From Clostridiales bacterium (GTDB taxonomy: Bacteria > Bacillota > Peptococcia > DRI-13 > UBA5745), in NCBI GenBank assembly GCA_038562165.1, contig JBCFAO010000010.1:18643-82642 (forward strand): DNA of 64,000 bases, in the 5' to 3' direction. Position 1 is the stretch's first letter; every line of letters begins with the position of its first letter. Both the position numbers and the translations under genes were made by a program. Of the stretch, positions 44,357 through 53,938 are shown piece by piece. Below the pieces are notes generated by a model. It saw nothing but the letters and a program-made list of their open reading frames with translations, was not told the origin of the DNA and did not search any database.

Positions 44357-45259
44357 TTAGCTGACTTTGCTGCCGCAGCCTTCCTGGAGGGGGCAATTGG
44401 AGCAGCCGCCTTCCAAGGGCTGGTTTTTTTCGCAGACGACTAATTGAGGATCGATGGGCGGATCCAGATGGATGCTCTTTCTGGGGCATTTCTCCACACA
44501 GATGCCGCAATTGACACATTTGGAGTAATCGATCATAGACACGCTGCCGACCTTGTTGTCAATGAGCTGTATGGCTCCTTCCGGACAGGATCTGACACAA
44601 ATGCCGCAGCTGATGCAGGAAACGTTGCAGGCCTCCCGGGCAATCTTGCCTTTATCCCGGTTATTGCAGCGAACGTGGACTTGCTTATCAATAGGCACAA
44701 TACTGAGTACCTTCTGGGGACATTGGTTGGCGCAAAGGCCGCAGCCTGTACAGAGAGAAGTATCTACCACAGGCAAACGGTTTTCGCCGATGGTCATGGC
44801 CCCAAAGGGACAGACCCTCACACAGGAGCCCAAGCCGATACAGCCGTAATAGCAATAGCTGGGGCCGCCGAATTGGGTCACCGCCAAATGGCAGTCAATA
44901 ACTCCCTTGTATTCGTACTTTGCTTTGGCGTTATCAAAGGTGCCGTTGCAATGGAGCTGGGCCACCTCCCGGATCTTCCCTGCCACCGGCTCCTGGCCCA
45001 TGATCTTGGCAATTTCCGCCGCTACCTTGTCTTTGCCGGGAATACAGGCATTAAGAGGAGCCCCGGCATTGACGATGGCGTCGGCTAAACCGGCACAGCC
45101 GGGAAAGCCGCAGGCGCCGCAGTTGGCCCCCGGCAGCACCTCAATGATGGCCTCAACTCTGGAGTCTGTCTCTACCGCCAGTTTTTTGGAGGCAAAGGCC
45201 AGTACAGCACCGAAAGCCCCTCCCAAAACGGCTAAAATGACAACTGCATTTACTATCAT
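44357..45259 (-). CDS. rnfB: Rnf complex subunit B
   Basis: N-terminal TM, CGACGFPGCAGLA, and several CxxCxxCxxxCP ferredoxin motifs. Confidence 0.85.
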   Translation of the reverse strand: MIVNAVVILAVLGGAFGAVLAFASKKLAVETDSRVEAIIEVLPGANCGACGFPGCAGLADAIVNAGAPLNACIPGKDKVAAEIAKIMGQEPVAGKIREVAQLHCNGTFDNAKAKYEYKGVIDCHLAVTQFGGPSYCYYGCIGLGSCVRVCPFGAMTIGENRLPVVDTSLCTGCGLCANQCPQKVLSIVPIDKQVHVRCNNRDKGKIAREACNVSCISCGICVRSCPEGAIQLIDNKVGSVSMIDYSKCVNCGICVEKCPRKSIHLDPPIDPQLVVCEKNQPLEGGCSNCPLQEGCGSKVS

Positions 45260-45305
45260 GAATAGGTTCCTTCCTTTCTGGGAACTAACGCTTGCACATC
45301 ACCCA

Positions 45306-45881
45306 TTAAATCATGCCGGTAAAGCCCACAAAAGCCAGAGCCATGGAGCTGGCCACAAAAAATACGATGGGCAAGCCCTTCATGGACTCCGGCAGCTCCG
45401 CCTCTTCCAGCCGTACCCGGATTCCCGCCATCAGCACCATGGCCAGCAAGAAACCGGCGGAATTGGCAAAGGCATTGACGATTGTATGGAAAAGCCCGTA
45501 ACCGTCTTGAATATTAACCAAGGCTATACCCAGGATGGCACAGTTTGTAGTAATCAAGGGTAAATAGACGCCCATGGACTTATATAAGCTGGGGATATTC
45601 TTTTTGAGAAACATCTCCAAAAGCTGTACTAATGCGGCAATAGTCAAAATAAAAGCAATGGTCCTTAAATATTCCAGGTCAAAACGCACCAGTAAAAACT
45701 CATTAACCAGCCAGGTAATGGAGGAGGACAGGATCATGACGAACATGACGGAAAAGCCCATACCCACCGCGCTTTTAATGTCTTTTGACACGCCCAGGAA
45801 AGGGCAAATGCCTAAAAACTGAGCTAATACGATATTGGAAATAAAGATGGAGCCAAAAATTATGGCAAAGGTCTGTCCCAT
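45306..45881 (-). CDS. rnfA: Rnf complex subunit A
   Basis: 191 aa: ..NIVLAQFLGICPFLGVS.. Confidence 0.85.
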   Translation of the reverse strand: MGQTFAIIFGSIFISNIVLAQFLGICPFLGVSKDIKSAVGMGFSVMFVMILSSSITWLVNEFLLVRFDLEYLRTIAFILTIAALVQLLEMFLKKNIPSLYKSMGVYLPLITTNCAILGIALVNIQDGYGLFHTIVNAFANSAGFLLAMVLMAGIRVRLEEAELPESMKGLPIVFFVASSMALAFVGFTGMI

Positions 45882-45882
45882 A

Positions 45883-46500
45883 TTAGATCACCTCACCTTT
45901 CTTAACCTTGGCTTTTCTGTTTTTCAGGAAGGCAAAGGCGGCAAAGAGAAAGCCCATGGTAATAAAAGCGCCGGCCGGCAGAATCATCACCAGCACAGGC
46001 TGAAAATTGCTGCCAAAAAGCTCTACGCCCATAAAGGAACCGGAACCCAGAATCTCTCTGATCGTAGAAATCAGCAGGATAGCAATGGAATAGCCGATGC
46101 CCATGCCAAGGCCGTCCATAATGGAAGGCAGTGGCTTGTTTTTGCCGGCGAAGGCTTCCGCCCGGCCCAGGATAATGCAATTGACCACAATCAGAGGAAT
46201 AAAAATGCCCAGAGCCGAATAAAGAGCCGGCGAAAAGGCGTTCATGATCATTTCCACCAAGGTTACAAAAGAAGCAATAACTACAATATATACAGGAATT
46301 CGGATATCGGCAGGTACGTATTTGCGCAAAAGGGAAATACACAAGTTGGAGCAAATCAGTACGGCAGAAAAAGCCACACCCATGCCCAGGGCATTATCTA
46401 CCGAGGTAGTTACCGCCAGGGAGGGACAAGTGCCTAATACTTGTACAAATAAAGGGTTTTCTGCAATGATACCCTTTCGTAATTCACCAAATAAACTCAC
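45883..46500 (-). CDS. rnfE: Rnf complex subunit E
   Basis: 205 aa: ..ENPLFVQVLGTCPSLAVTT.. Confidence 0.85.
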   Translation of the reverse strand: MSLFGELRKGIIAENPLFVQVLGTCPSLAVTTSVDNALGMGVAFSAVLICSNLCISLLRKYVPADIRIPVYIVVIASFVTLVEMIMNAFSPALYSALGIFIPLIVVNCIILGRAEAFAGKNKPLPSIMDGLGMGIGYSIAILLISTIREILGSGSFMGVELFGSNFQPVLVMILPAGAFITMGFLFAAFAFLKNRKAKVKKGEVI

Positions 46501-46515
46501 GGAAATTCCTCCTCT

Positions 46516-47082
46516 CTAGTTGCTGCCGTAAATGGCGGTAAAATCTGCTCTGGCTGCATTTACGCCGTCGGCAACGGCCTTCGTGGTGATAGTGGCTGCC
46601 GTTATGGCTTGAATTTCATCGGCTGCTTCAGTCTCCACTTTCACGACTTTCAGATCGCTGGCCGCGGTTTTATCCTGGAAGCGTTCTGTAAACCAGGACT
46701 GCACGCAATTAGCGCCTAAGCCGGGAGTTTCCGCCTGATTCAAAATTTTGATGCCCGTAATCTTTTGGCCGGCAATATCAAAGCCCACTAGAATTTTCAT
46801 TGCACCGCCGTAGCCTTTAGGTGTAACAATATACAGAACCCCTGCCGTATCCTGGCCTTTTTTGGCAAGGATTACGCTTTCGATGGTTTCACTGTCGCTT
46901 TGGTCTGACAAAGCTTCATATTCATCGGCGCCGGGATAGATTTCGCCATAGCCCTGCCGAAGTCTCTCTTCCTCTTGTATGGCAATGACGGGAGCGGTGA
47001 TGCCGTTGACGTAACCGATGGCCAGGCCTGCAACACCGGTAACCACAAGCAAAAACACTGTCAGCTTAATAATCTTATTCAT
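46516..47082 (-). CDS. rnfG: Rnf complex subunit G (FMN-binding)
   Basis: 188 aa with an N-terminal TM, and ..AITAATITTKAV.. (FMN attachment-type motif). Confidence 0.85.
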   Translation of the reverse strand: MNKIIKLTVFLLVVTGVAGLAIGYVNGITAPVIAIQEEERLRQGYGEIYPGADEYEALSDQSDSETIESVILAKKGQDTAGVLYIVTPKGYGGAMKILVGFDIAGQKITGIKILNQAETPGLGANCVQSWFTERFQDKTAASDLKVVKVETEAADEIQAITAATITTKAVADGVNAARADFTAIYGSN

Positions 47083-48092
47083 GCGGGTTTACCTTCCTTT
47101 CCGCTGCCGCCGTAGATTCTGCCCTTGGTGTAACGATCGATCATCGGCGTCAGGATATTCATCAGCAGGATGGAATAGCAAACGCCTTCGGCTAAACCGC
47201 CAAAGAAGCGAATCAGACAGGTCAAAATACCCAGACCTAAACCAAAAACCAGACGGCCTTTCTTCGTTACCGGGCTGGTAACCCAGTCGGTAGCCATAAA
47301 GAAAGCGCCCAGCATCAAACCGCCGGAAGATAGCTGATAGATAGGATACATCATGCCGTAGCCTTTAACTGTACCAAATACGGTAGTCAGCACTAAAACC
47401 GTGCCCAGATAGGCCGTAGGAATCCGCCAGTCTACATGCTTGCGGAAAATCAGGAAGAGTCCTCCCAGCAAAATAGCGATAACGCTGGTCTCGCCGATAC
47501 AGCCTCCCACCTGGCCGATAATAACCTGGCCTAAGGCGGGCAGTTGATCCATGCCGCCGGTTTTCATTAAAGCCATAGGGGTAGCCGAGGTGGTAGCATC
47601 CACCAATGCAGGAGTGGCCATGGTGGAGGCATTGGCCAGCATGCCTCTGGCCGGAGACCAGGTGGTCATCTGAACCGGGAAGGACGCTACCAGGATAGCC
47701 CGGCCAATGTGGGCAGGATTAAAAATATTCTGTCCCAAGCCGCCAAAAACCTGTTTGCCGATAACGATAGCAAAGGCGCCGCCTAAAAAAGCAATCCACA
47801 AAGGCAAGGCCGGCGGCAGGCACAAGGCCAGCAATAAGCCGGTGATCACAGCGCTGCCGTCTTTCAAGGTGACAGGTTTGGACATCATGCGGCGGCAGAG
47901 ATACTCGGAAGCCAAAGCGCCTGCTATACATAAAATCATGACAAGAAGAGCCTGCAGGCCAAAAAACCAGATACCCGCCGCAGCCGCCGGCAAACAAGCC
48001 AGGGCCACTTCCTTCATGGCCTGCTCCGTGGTATAGCGGCTATGAAAATGGGGGGACGAAGATAAAATAAGTGGTTTAGTGATATTCTCCAT
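47079..48092 (-). CDS. rnfD: Rnf complex subunit D
   Basis: 337 aa, polytopic; ..FFMATDWVTSPVT.. Confidence 0.85.
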   Translation of the reverse strand: MENITKPLILSSSPHFHSRYTTEQAMKEVALACLPAAAAGIWFFGLQALLVMILCIAGALASEYLCRRMMSKPVTLKDGSAVITGLLLALCLPPALPLWIAFLGGAFAIVIGKQVFGGLGQNIFNPAHIGRAILVASFPVQMTTWSPARGMLANASTMATPALVDATTSATPMALMKTGGMDQLPALGQVIIGQVGGCIGETSVIAILLGGLFLIFRKHVDWRIPTAYLGTVLVLTTVFGTVKGYGMMYPIYQLSSGGLMLGAFFMATDWVTSPVTKKGRLVFGLGLGILTCLIRFFGGLAEGVCYSILLMNILTPMIDRYTKGRIYGGSGKEGKPA

Positions 48093-48175
48093 TTCTGTTG
48101 ACCATTCCTTTCTACAGCAAAGGTATTAAAAGGTATTCATAATGCCCGGGTTATCGCCCGAAGAACTTTCCCGGG

Positions 48176-49546
48176 CTATACCAGGAAGGGATTGACCGCA
48201 CCATTGCCGTCTTTGCTCATGACATACTGCTTAGCCAGGCGGATATATTGCACCAGCGGAATCATGCTGGGGCAGACGTAGCTGCAGCAGCCGCATTCCA
48301 TACAGCTGGTGATATCGTATTCCTTGGCCCTGTCCCAATCGCTTTTTTTGGCCGCTTTCATCAAGGTAGTAGGCTCTAAGCGCATAGGGCAGGCGTCAAC
48401 GCAGCGGGCACAGCGGACGCAGGGTCCTTCCGTCTCCCGTTTGAGGACGTGGGATTCTTCATTAAACACCAAAATACCCGAGGTACCCTTCATCACAGGA
48501 ATGGCCGTGGAATATACGGCAAAACCCATCATGGGACCACCGGAAATAATTTTTACGGTCTCGCCAATCACGCCGCCGCTCTGAGCAATAATATCCTCGT
48601 ACAAAGTACCGATTCTGACCCGGTAATTCATGGGTCTGTTTATGGCATTGCCGTTTAAGGTGACAATACGGTCGATCAGAGGCTTCTCCCATTCCACGGC
48701 GTCGGCGATGGCCGCCGCTGTAGCCACGTTGTTTACCAAAACCCCCACATCAATAGGTAGTCCTCCGGGAGGCACTTCCTTGCCGGTAATGGCATTAATT
48801 AATTGCTTCTCCGAACCTTGGGGGTATTTTTCCATGCAAACCACGGTTTCAATCTGGGGCTCGTTTTCCGTCAGCTTAATCATCAGCTCAAAGGCGTCCA
48901 TCTTATTTTCCTCAATGGCAATAACGCCCCGCTGGCAATCGGTCATCCGCAGCAAGTACTTTAATCCGGAAATGATTTTCTCCGGCTGCTCCAGCATTAA
49001 ACGGTGATCCGCCGTCAAAAAAGGCTCACACTCAATACCATTTAAAATAATGACCTCTACCTTTTTGCCGTCCTGAGGAACAACATACTTTACATGGGAA
49101 GGAAAGGTGGCGCCCCCCATGCCCACGACTCCCGCCTCCAAAACTTTTGCCTGTAAGGCAGCCTTGTCCATGGCATTCACTGTGTCCCGGGGCAATTGGC
49201 GCAGCGGCGTCAGCCACTCATCCCGAAAATCGTTTTCAATCACTATGGTGTCTACCATGCGTCCATTAGGAATAGGCATCCGGTGAATAGCCACTACCTT
49301 GCCGCTGACGCTGGCGTGGGCCGGTACGCTGACGAAGCCCTGGGACTCAGCTACCTTCTGCCCCATCTTTACTTCTTCCCCTATTTCCACCAAAGGGCGG
49401 GAGGGGGCTCCTATATGCATGGACATAGGGATATAAGCCCGGGCCGGAGCTTCTGCCGCTACCGTTTCCAGGCTGTTGGTAAATCCCTTATAATCAATGA
49501 TATGGGTACCGCCGGGGAAAGTCTTTCTCTCGTACTTCACAAACAT
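48176..49546 (-). CDS. rnfC: Rnf complex subunit C
   Basis: 456 aa: ..GMGGATFP.., plus two CxxCxxCxxxCP clusters (CVRCARCVDACP, CMECGCCSYVCP). Confidence 0.9.
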   Translation of the reverse strand: MFVKYERKTFPGGTHIIDYKGFTNSLETVAAEAPARAYIPMSMHIGAPSRPLVEIGEEVKMGQKVAESQGFVSVPAHASVSGKVVAIHRMPIPNGRMVDTIVIENDFRDEWLTPLRQLPRDTVNAMDKAALQAKVLEAGVVGMGGATFPSHVKYVVPQDGKKVEVIILNGIECEPFLTADHRLMLEQPEKIISGLKYLLRMTDCQRGVIAIEENKMDAFELMIKLTENEPQIETVVCMEKYPQGSEKQLINAITGKEVPPGGLPIDVGVLVNNVATAAAIADAVEWEKPLIDRIVTLNGNAINRPMNYRVRIGTLYEDIIAQSGGVIGETVKIISGGPMMGFAVYSTAIPVMKGTSGILVFNEESHVLKRETEGPCVRCARCVDACPMRLEPTTLMKAAKKSDWDRAKEYDITSCMECGCCSYVCPSMIPLVQYIRLAKQYVMSKDGNGAVNPFLV

Positions 49547-49574
49547 CCTCCTTGCTGGCTAAGATATAAAAAAC

Positions 49575-50045
49575 TTAAGATTCTAAATAAACCACCTCAA
49601 ACAACCATTTTCCCTCTTTTCTTTTTAAAAAACCTAAGGTAATGGGATAGTGAAAGCGCCTGGGGCCTATGCTGCCGGGATCTACATATAATACGCCGTC
49701 TTTTTCCCGGCAGGACCACTGATGGGTATGGCCGCTAACCACTATCTTGACATCGCAGGAGGCAGGCACAATATCCAAGTCGCTTATCTTATGCACCATA
49801 TATATATGATCTCCCGCCGCCGTCACAAGCTGCCTTAAAGGCCAGCCGCAGTCTCTGGGGTCATTATTGCCCCGCACTGCATAAAATGGTGCAATTTGCG
49901 ACAGTTGATCAGGAATCCTTTGGGAACAAATATCTCCTGCATGAAGGATCAAGTCCACACCTTGCAAGCGGTCAACCGCCGATTGCCGCAAAAGCCCATG
50001 GGTATCGGAAATTACACCGATAGTAACTTCTGAATGTTCGATCAT
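49575..50045 (-). CDS. YfcE/MJ0936-family metallophosphoesterase
   Basis: 156 aa: GVISDTHG..HAGD..GNND..SGHTH.. Confidence 0.8.
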   Translation of the reverse strand: MIEHSEVTIGVISDTHGLLRQSAVDRLQGVDLILHAGDICSQRIPDQLSQIAPFYAVRGNNDPRDCGWPLRQLVTAAGDHIYMVHKISDLDIVPASCDVKIVVSGHTHQWSCREKDGVLYVDPGSIGPRRFHYPITLGFLKRKEGKWLFEVVYLES

Positions 50046-50236
50046 TCATCACCTTTCATGCATAATTCTTTTATTAGCTTAAGTTAAAAAAACCACAGAC
50101 CATTTATTATTATAACTCATATTTTCAGAAAAGAAATAGGTATTTTATTGGGATGGTAAAAAAAATTATGCAATTTCGTGAAAAAAAACACAATCTAAAT
50201 GTGAAAAAATACACATAAGCTGTATGAAAAAACAAC

Positions 50237-50263
50237 AAAAAAACCCACCTTTTACAAGGTGGG
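50237..50263 (-). terminator. Intrinsic terminator of tRNA-Val
   Basis: CCCACCTT - 4-nt loop - AAGGTGGG. On the minus strand a 7-T run follows. Confidence 0.65.
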
Positions 50264-50274
50264 TTTTAGCGATA

Positions 50275-50348
50275 TGGGCGGTAATGGAATCGAACCATCG
50301 ACCCCTACGATGTCAACGTAGTACTCTAACCAGCTGAGCTAACCGCCC
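50275..50348 (-). tRNA. tRNA-Val (anticodon GAC), CCA not encoded
   Basis: Reverse complement: GGGCGGTTAGCTCAGCTGGTTAGAGTACTACGTTGACATCGTAGGGGTCGATGGTTCGATTCCATTACCGCCCA. Anticodon stem CTACG/CGTAG with loop TTGACAT. Confidence 0.85.
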
Positions 50349-50363
50349 GAATCAACGAGATTG

Positions 50364-50393
50364 ATTATACCAAAACCCGGGGCTATATGTCAA
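50364..50393 (-). promoter_or_regulatory. Consensus sigma-A promoter for tRNA-Val
   Basis: Minus strand: TTGACA (50388-50393), 18-nt spacer, TATAAT (50364-50369). Confidence 0.6.
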
Positions 50394-50395
50394 TA

Positions 50396-50426
50396 GTTAT
50401 AGTTTTTATTCCTTTGTGGCAAACTA
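50396..50426 (+). promoter_or_regulatory. Forespore (sigma-F/G-like) promoter candidate for gpr
   Basis: GTTATA, 18-nt spacer, CAAACTA. Compare the sigma-G-type pattern GnATA-17/18-CATnnTA. Confidence 0.35.
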
Positions 50427-50457
50427 CAGCCATCTCATGCGGAAGGAAGGTAAGCAA

Positions 50458-51444
50458 ATGAAAGCTCATCCACCTGTTTCATTATCCGATATCAAGCCTG
50501 ATCTGGCCATAGAAGCCCATGAAATGTTTCAGGGTCAACACGAAGGCGAGATACCCGGCGTATCTTTAGTTAAAGAAAATTTTTCCTTAGGCTGCCGCTC
50601 AACCATTAAAGTATTGGACGACCAGGGAGCCCAGGCGATGGGAAAACCTATAGGCACCTATATCACTATTGAGGCTCCTACCATTCTCGACTCGGACCGC
50701 AGTGACCATGAGCCGGTGGTGGAAGCCTTAGTCAAAGCTTTAAAAGAAATTTTGCCGGATAAGGAGCAATATACTATTTTAGTTGCCGGCCTGGGCAATG
50801 CCCGCAGCACCCCGGACGCCTTAGGCCCTATGGTTACCAGCCGCCTGGTAGCCACCCGCTATCTCTTTACATTAAACGATCCCGCTATGACCGAAGGTTT
50901 ACGCAGTGTATCAATTATTACACCTGGCGTTACCGGCGTCACCGGGGTGGAAACTGCTGAAATTCTGGAAGGCCTGATTAGCCAAATGCAGCCGGACTGC
51001 TTAATTTGTATCGATGCCTTGGCCGCCGGAGAATTATCCCGCCTGCATAATACCATACAATTATCGGATACGGGTATTCATCCCGGCAGCGGTATCGGCA
51101 ATATGCGCAAACGGATTAATAAAGAAACCGTGGGCATACCTGTTTTAGCCATCGGCGTGCCAACGGTAGTTCAAGCAGGCATCATTGCCAATAAAGCCTT
51201 AACCATTCTTACGGACCGGCTGGAACATACCGGTGACAAATCCTCCATGCCTTTGCTGATTACCCAAAAGCAACGGGAAGAAGTGATCAATGAAATTTTG
51301 CAGCCCTTCGGCGGCTCCTTGATGGTCACCCCTAAAGAAATCGATGAGCAGGTTGACCATACGGCGCAAATTATAGCCAAAGCCATAACTCTAGCCGTTC
51401 ATCCCGGCCTGGAACCTGAAGATCTGGAATACTTTTTGCACTAG
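50458..51444 (+). CDS. gpr: Germination protease (GPR endopeptidase)
   Basis: ..VAGLGNARSTPDALGP.., ..CIDALAA.., ..GVPTVV.. I prefer the ATG at 50458 (GGAAGGAAGG upstream) over the track start at 50416. Confidence 0.85.
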   Translation: MKAHPPVSLSDIKPDLAIEAHEMFQGQHEGEIPGVSLVKENFSLGCRSTIKVLDDQGAQAMGKPIGTYITIEAPTILDSDRSDHEPVVEALVKALKEILPDKEQYTILVAGLGNARSTPDALGPMVTSRLVATRYLFTLNDPAMTEGLRSVSIITPGVTGVTGVETAEILEGLISQMQPDCLICIDALAAGELSRLHNTIQLSDTGIHPGSGIGNMRKRINKETVGIPVLAIGVPTVVQAGIIANKALTILTDRLEHTGDKSSMPLLITQKQREEVINEILQPFGGSLMVTPKEIDEQVDHTAQIIAKAITLAVHPGLEPEDLEYFLH

Positions 51445-51485
51445 GAACCTCTTGGTTATTTATTCGAAGCACAAGTTGAACTATA

Positions 51486-51540
51486 AAGAAAGGCGCCCCT
51501 TTGAATCCGGCATATTGCGATTCACAGGGGCGCCCCATTT
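51486..51540. terminator. Bidirectional terminator between convergent gpr and the SASP gene
   Basis: GGCGCCCCT (51492-51500) pairs with AGGGGCGCC (51526-51534). TTTCTTT follows on the minus strand and CCATTT on the plus strand. Confidence 0.6.
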
Positions 51541-51557
51541 ATACAATTAATATCTGT

Positions 51558-51767
51558 TTATTTGCTGCCGCCTGCTAATTGCTGCTCAGCATAAGAAATC
51601 AGCTTTTTCGTCATATAACCGCCTACATAGCCGTTTTGACGGGAGGACAAATCACCTTTATCCATGGAGCTGTAGTTAGTGATACCCAGCTCGGAAGCTG
51701 TTTCGTTTTTCATCTGGTCAAGAGCCTGGCGAGCACCCTGCACAACGATTTTATTACTTCTAGCCAC
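51558..51767 (-). CDS. Alpha/beta-type small acid-soluble spore protein
   Basis: ..ARQALDQMKNETASELGI..SSRQNGYVGGYMTKKL.. I prefer the GTG at 51765-51767 (GGAGGTG 6 nt upstream), because the track start at 51776 lies inside the SD. Confidence 0.85.
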   Translation of the reverse strand: MARSNKIVVQGARQALDQMKNETASELGITNYSSMDKGDLSSRQNGYVGGYMTKKLISYAEQQLAGGSK

Positions 51768-51797
51768 AATGTTCACCTCCTTTTAGTTCGGTGACAT

Positions 51798-51828
51798 TAT
51801 TATGCTTCGTTTTTCCGCTCTTTATTAG
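51798..51828 (-). promoter_or_regulatory. Sigma-G-like promoter candidate for the SASP gene
   Basis: Minus strand: CTAATA, 18-nt spacer, CATAATA. The -10 matches CATnnTA; the -35 is only partial. Confidence 0.35.
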
Positions 51829-51848
51829 CTCAACTTTTGCTATTATTG

Positions 51849-53882
51849 TCAACCATTGACCATTTCCGCCATTTTTTTCTTAATTAAACAATTTAATTCT
51901 AAATGCTCCGACCGGCCCAATTCCGGATCTTGGCCCGCTAAATCCAAGGCTGCCGCTCTGGCCGTTTCCAGTAGCTGACGGTCCTCCGGCAGTTTGGCCA
52001 GACGGAACTCCGGCAAACCGTGCTGCCTCGTGCCAAAAAACTCGCCGGGCCCCCGCAAAAGCATATCCTCTTCCGCCAGACGAAAACCGTCGTTAGTTTC
52101 CGTCATCAGCTTCAGCCTTTGCAGGGCCAAAGGCTCGCTGGTATTGGTGACTAAAATGCAATAAGCCTGCAGCTTGCCCCGGCCTACTCTGCCTCGCAAC
52201 TGATGAAGCTGAGCCAAACCGAAACGTTCGCTATTTTCAATGACCATTACCGTAGCTTGGGGTACATTGACGCCTACTTCAATGACAGTGGTGGAAACCA
52301 ACGCCTTTAACACTCCTGCAGCAAAAGCCGCCATGATCTCTTCCTTTTCGGCGGCGCTTTGCCGGCCGTGGAGCAGCCCCACAGGAAAAGGGCTCAGCTT
52401 TTTTTTCAACTGCCGGTAGATTTCTTGAGCATTTTGCAAATCCATGGCTTCGGATTCCTCAATCAAAGGACAAACCACAAAGGCCTGATGGCCCTGCTCC
52501 AGCTCCTGCCGCAGCAACTGATTCAGCTTCTCCCTGGCCTTTTCCAAAATACAAATGGTTTTTACGGGTTTTCGGCCAGGCGGCATCTCATCCAGCAGAG
52601 AAATATCCAGATCGCCATAAAGAGTCAGGGCCAAAGTACGGGGAATAGGAGTAGCCGACATCACCAGCATATCCGGATGATCTCCCTTCTCCTGAAGCAA
52701 AGCCCGTTGCCGCACGCCAAACCGGTGCTGCTCATCAATGACAATCAACCCCAGGCGCTGAAATACGGTTTTTTCCTGGATCAGGGCATGGGTGCCTACG
52801 GCAATCCGGATCTGTCCTGCCGCCAGCTCCTCCTGTAGCTGCCGTTTTTCCTTTTGGCTCATAGCGCCTTTAAAAAAACCCACTTTCAGGCCTAAGAGCT
52901 GAAACCAGGAATTGAAATTGTCGTAATGCTGCTGGGCCAATATCTCCGTAGGCGCCATCATGGCTCCCTGGAAGCCGTTTTCTGCAGCCAAAAGCAAAGC
53001 CCAAGCCGCTACTGCCGTCTTGCCGGAGCCCACATCACCCTGAACCAAACGGGCCATGGCATAAGGCTTGGCCATATCTTCCTTTATCTCTTCAATTACC
53101 CTTTTTTGAGCGGCCGTCAAACTAAAAGGCAGCCCTGCCAGCCAGGGCTCCGTGAGGTTGCCTTTCGGCAAATGGACGAGGCCCTGATTATGCAAGTCTT
53201 TTTTACGCAATAAAACCAGAGACAACTGTAAGAAAAAAAACTCATCAAAAATCAGACGCTTTCTGGCTTCCTCCAGTGAGGCCCAGTCTTTGGGCCGGTG
53301 GATCTCTTCAAGAGCCTGATTTATACTCATCAATTTATATTTTTGCAAAAAGGCGGCGGAATGATACTCCTGTACCTGCCGGCTACCGTCTAATACCTGA
53401 GCAATGGCTTGGCGAAAGAGCTTTTGCTGCAAGCCCTGGGCCGCGGGATAGACGGCCAGGATTTTGCCCTGCTCCTCTGCCGGCTCCTCCTCTGTGAGCA
53501 GTTCCATATCTTGAACCAGAATCTCCAGCCGGCCAAACTGCCGCCGGATTTTGCCGGTCAGCAAAAGCCTGGTTCCAACAACCAGCTTAGCCTTCATATA
53601 CGGCTGATTAAACCAGGTAGCCACTGCCATAGCCGTCTCATCTTTGACTGCAGCCTTCAAGAGATGAAGACCGGCTCTGGGCCTTTGTTCCTCCACCTTA
53701 ACCACCCAGGTGATAACAGTGCCGGTTTGGCCGTCTGTCAATTCTCCCAGCTTCAGCAAAAAGGTACGGTCCTCATAACGGCGGGGATAGTGCAGCAGCA
53801 AATCTTCGGCGCTGCTGATCCCCATTTGCTCTAATAATTTTTGTTTTTTGGGGCCAATGCCCTTAATAAATTGAAGCTCCAT
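51849..53882 (-). CDS. recG: ATP-dependent DNA helicase RecG
   Basis: 677 aa: GDVGSGKT, DEQHRFGV, and a wedge-domain N-terminus. Confidence 0.9.
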   Translation of the reverse strand: MELQFIKGIGPKKQKLLEQMGISSAEDLLLHYPRRYEDRTFLLKLGELTDGQTGTVITWVVKVEEQRPRAGLHLLKAAVKDETAMAVATWFNQPYMKAKLVVGTRLLLTGKIRRQFGRLEILVQDMELLTEEEPAEEQGKILAVYPAAQGLQQKLFRQAIAQVLDGSRQVQEYHSAAFLQKYKLMSINQALEEIHRPKDWASLEEARKRLIFDEFFFLQLSLVLLRKKDLHNQGLVHLPKGNLTEPWLAGLPFSLTAAQKRVIEEIKEDMAKPYAMARLVQGDVGSGKTAVAAWALLLAAENGFQGAMMAPTEILAQQHYDNFNSWFQLLGLKVGFFKGAMSQKEKRQLQEELAAGQIRIAVGTHALIQEKTVFQRLGLIVIDEQHRFGVRQRALLQEKGDHPDMLVMSATPIPRTLALTLYGDLDISLLDEMPPGRKPVKTICILEKAREKLNQLLRQELEQGHQAFVVCPLIEESEAMDLQNAQEIYRQLKKKLSPFPVGLLHGRQSAAEKEEIMAAFAAGVLKALVSTTVIEVGVNVPQATVMVIENSERFGLAQLHQLRGRVGRGKLQAYCILVTNTSEPLALQRLKLMTETNDGFRLAEEDMLLRGPGEFFGTRQHGLPEFRLAKLPEDRQLLETARAAALDLAGQDPELGRSEHLELNCLIKKKMAEMVNG

Positions 53883-53938
53883 GTATTAATTATACATGAA
53901 GCCTCTGGCAGTATCAATAATAGAAAGCCATATCAGCC

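Noticed and set aside
44444-46519. Long plus-strand ORFs across rnfB/A/E (for example 44444..45088, 44907..45563, 45835..46437).
   Set aside because: They are antisense to a complete, motif-supported rnf operon, and their translations are compositionally biased with no motifs.
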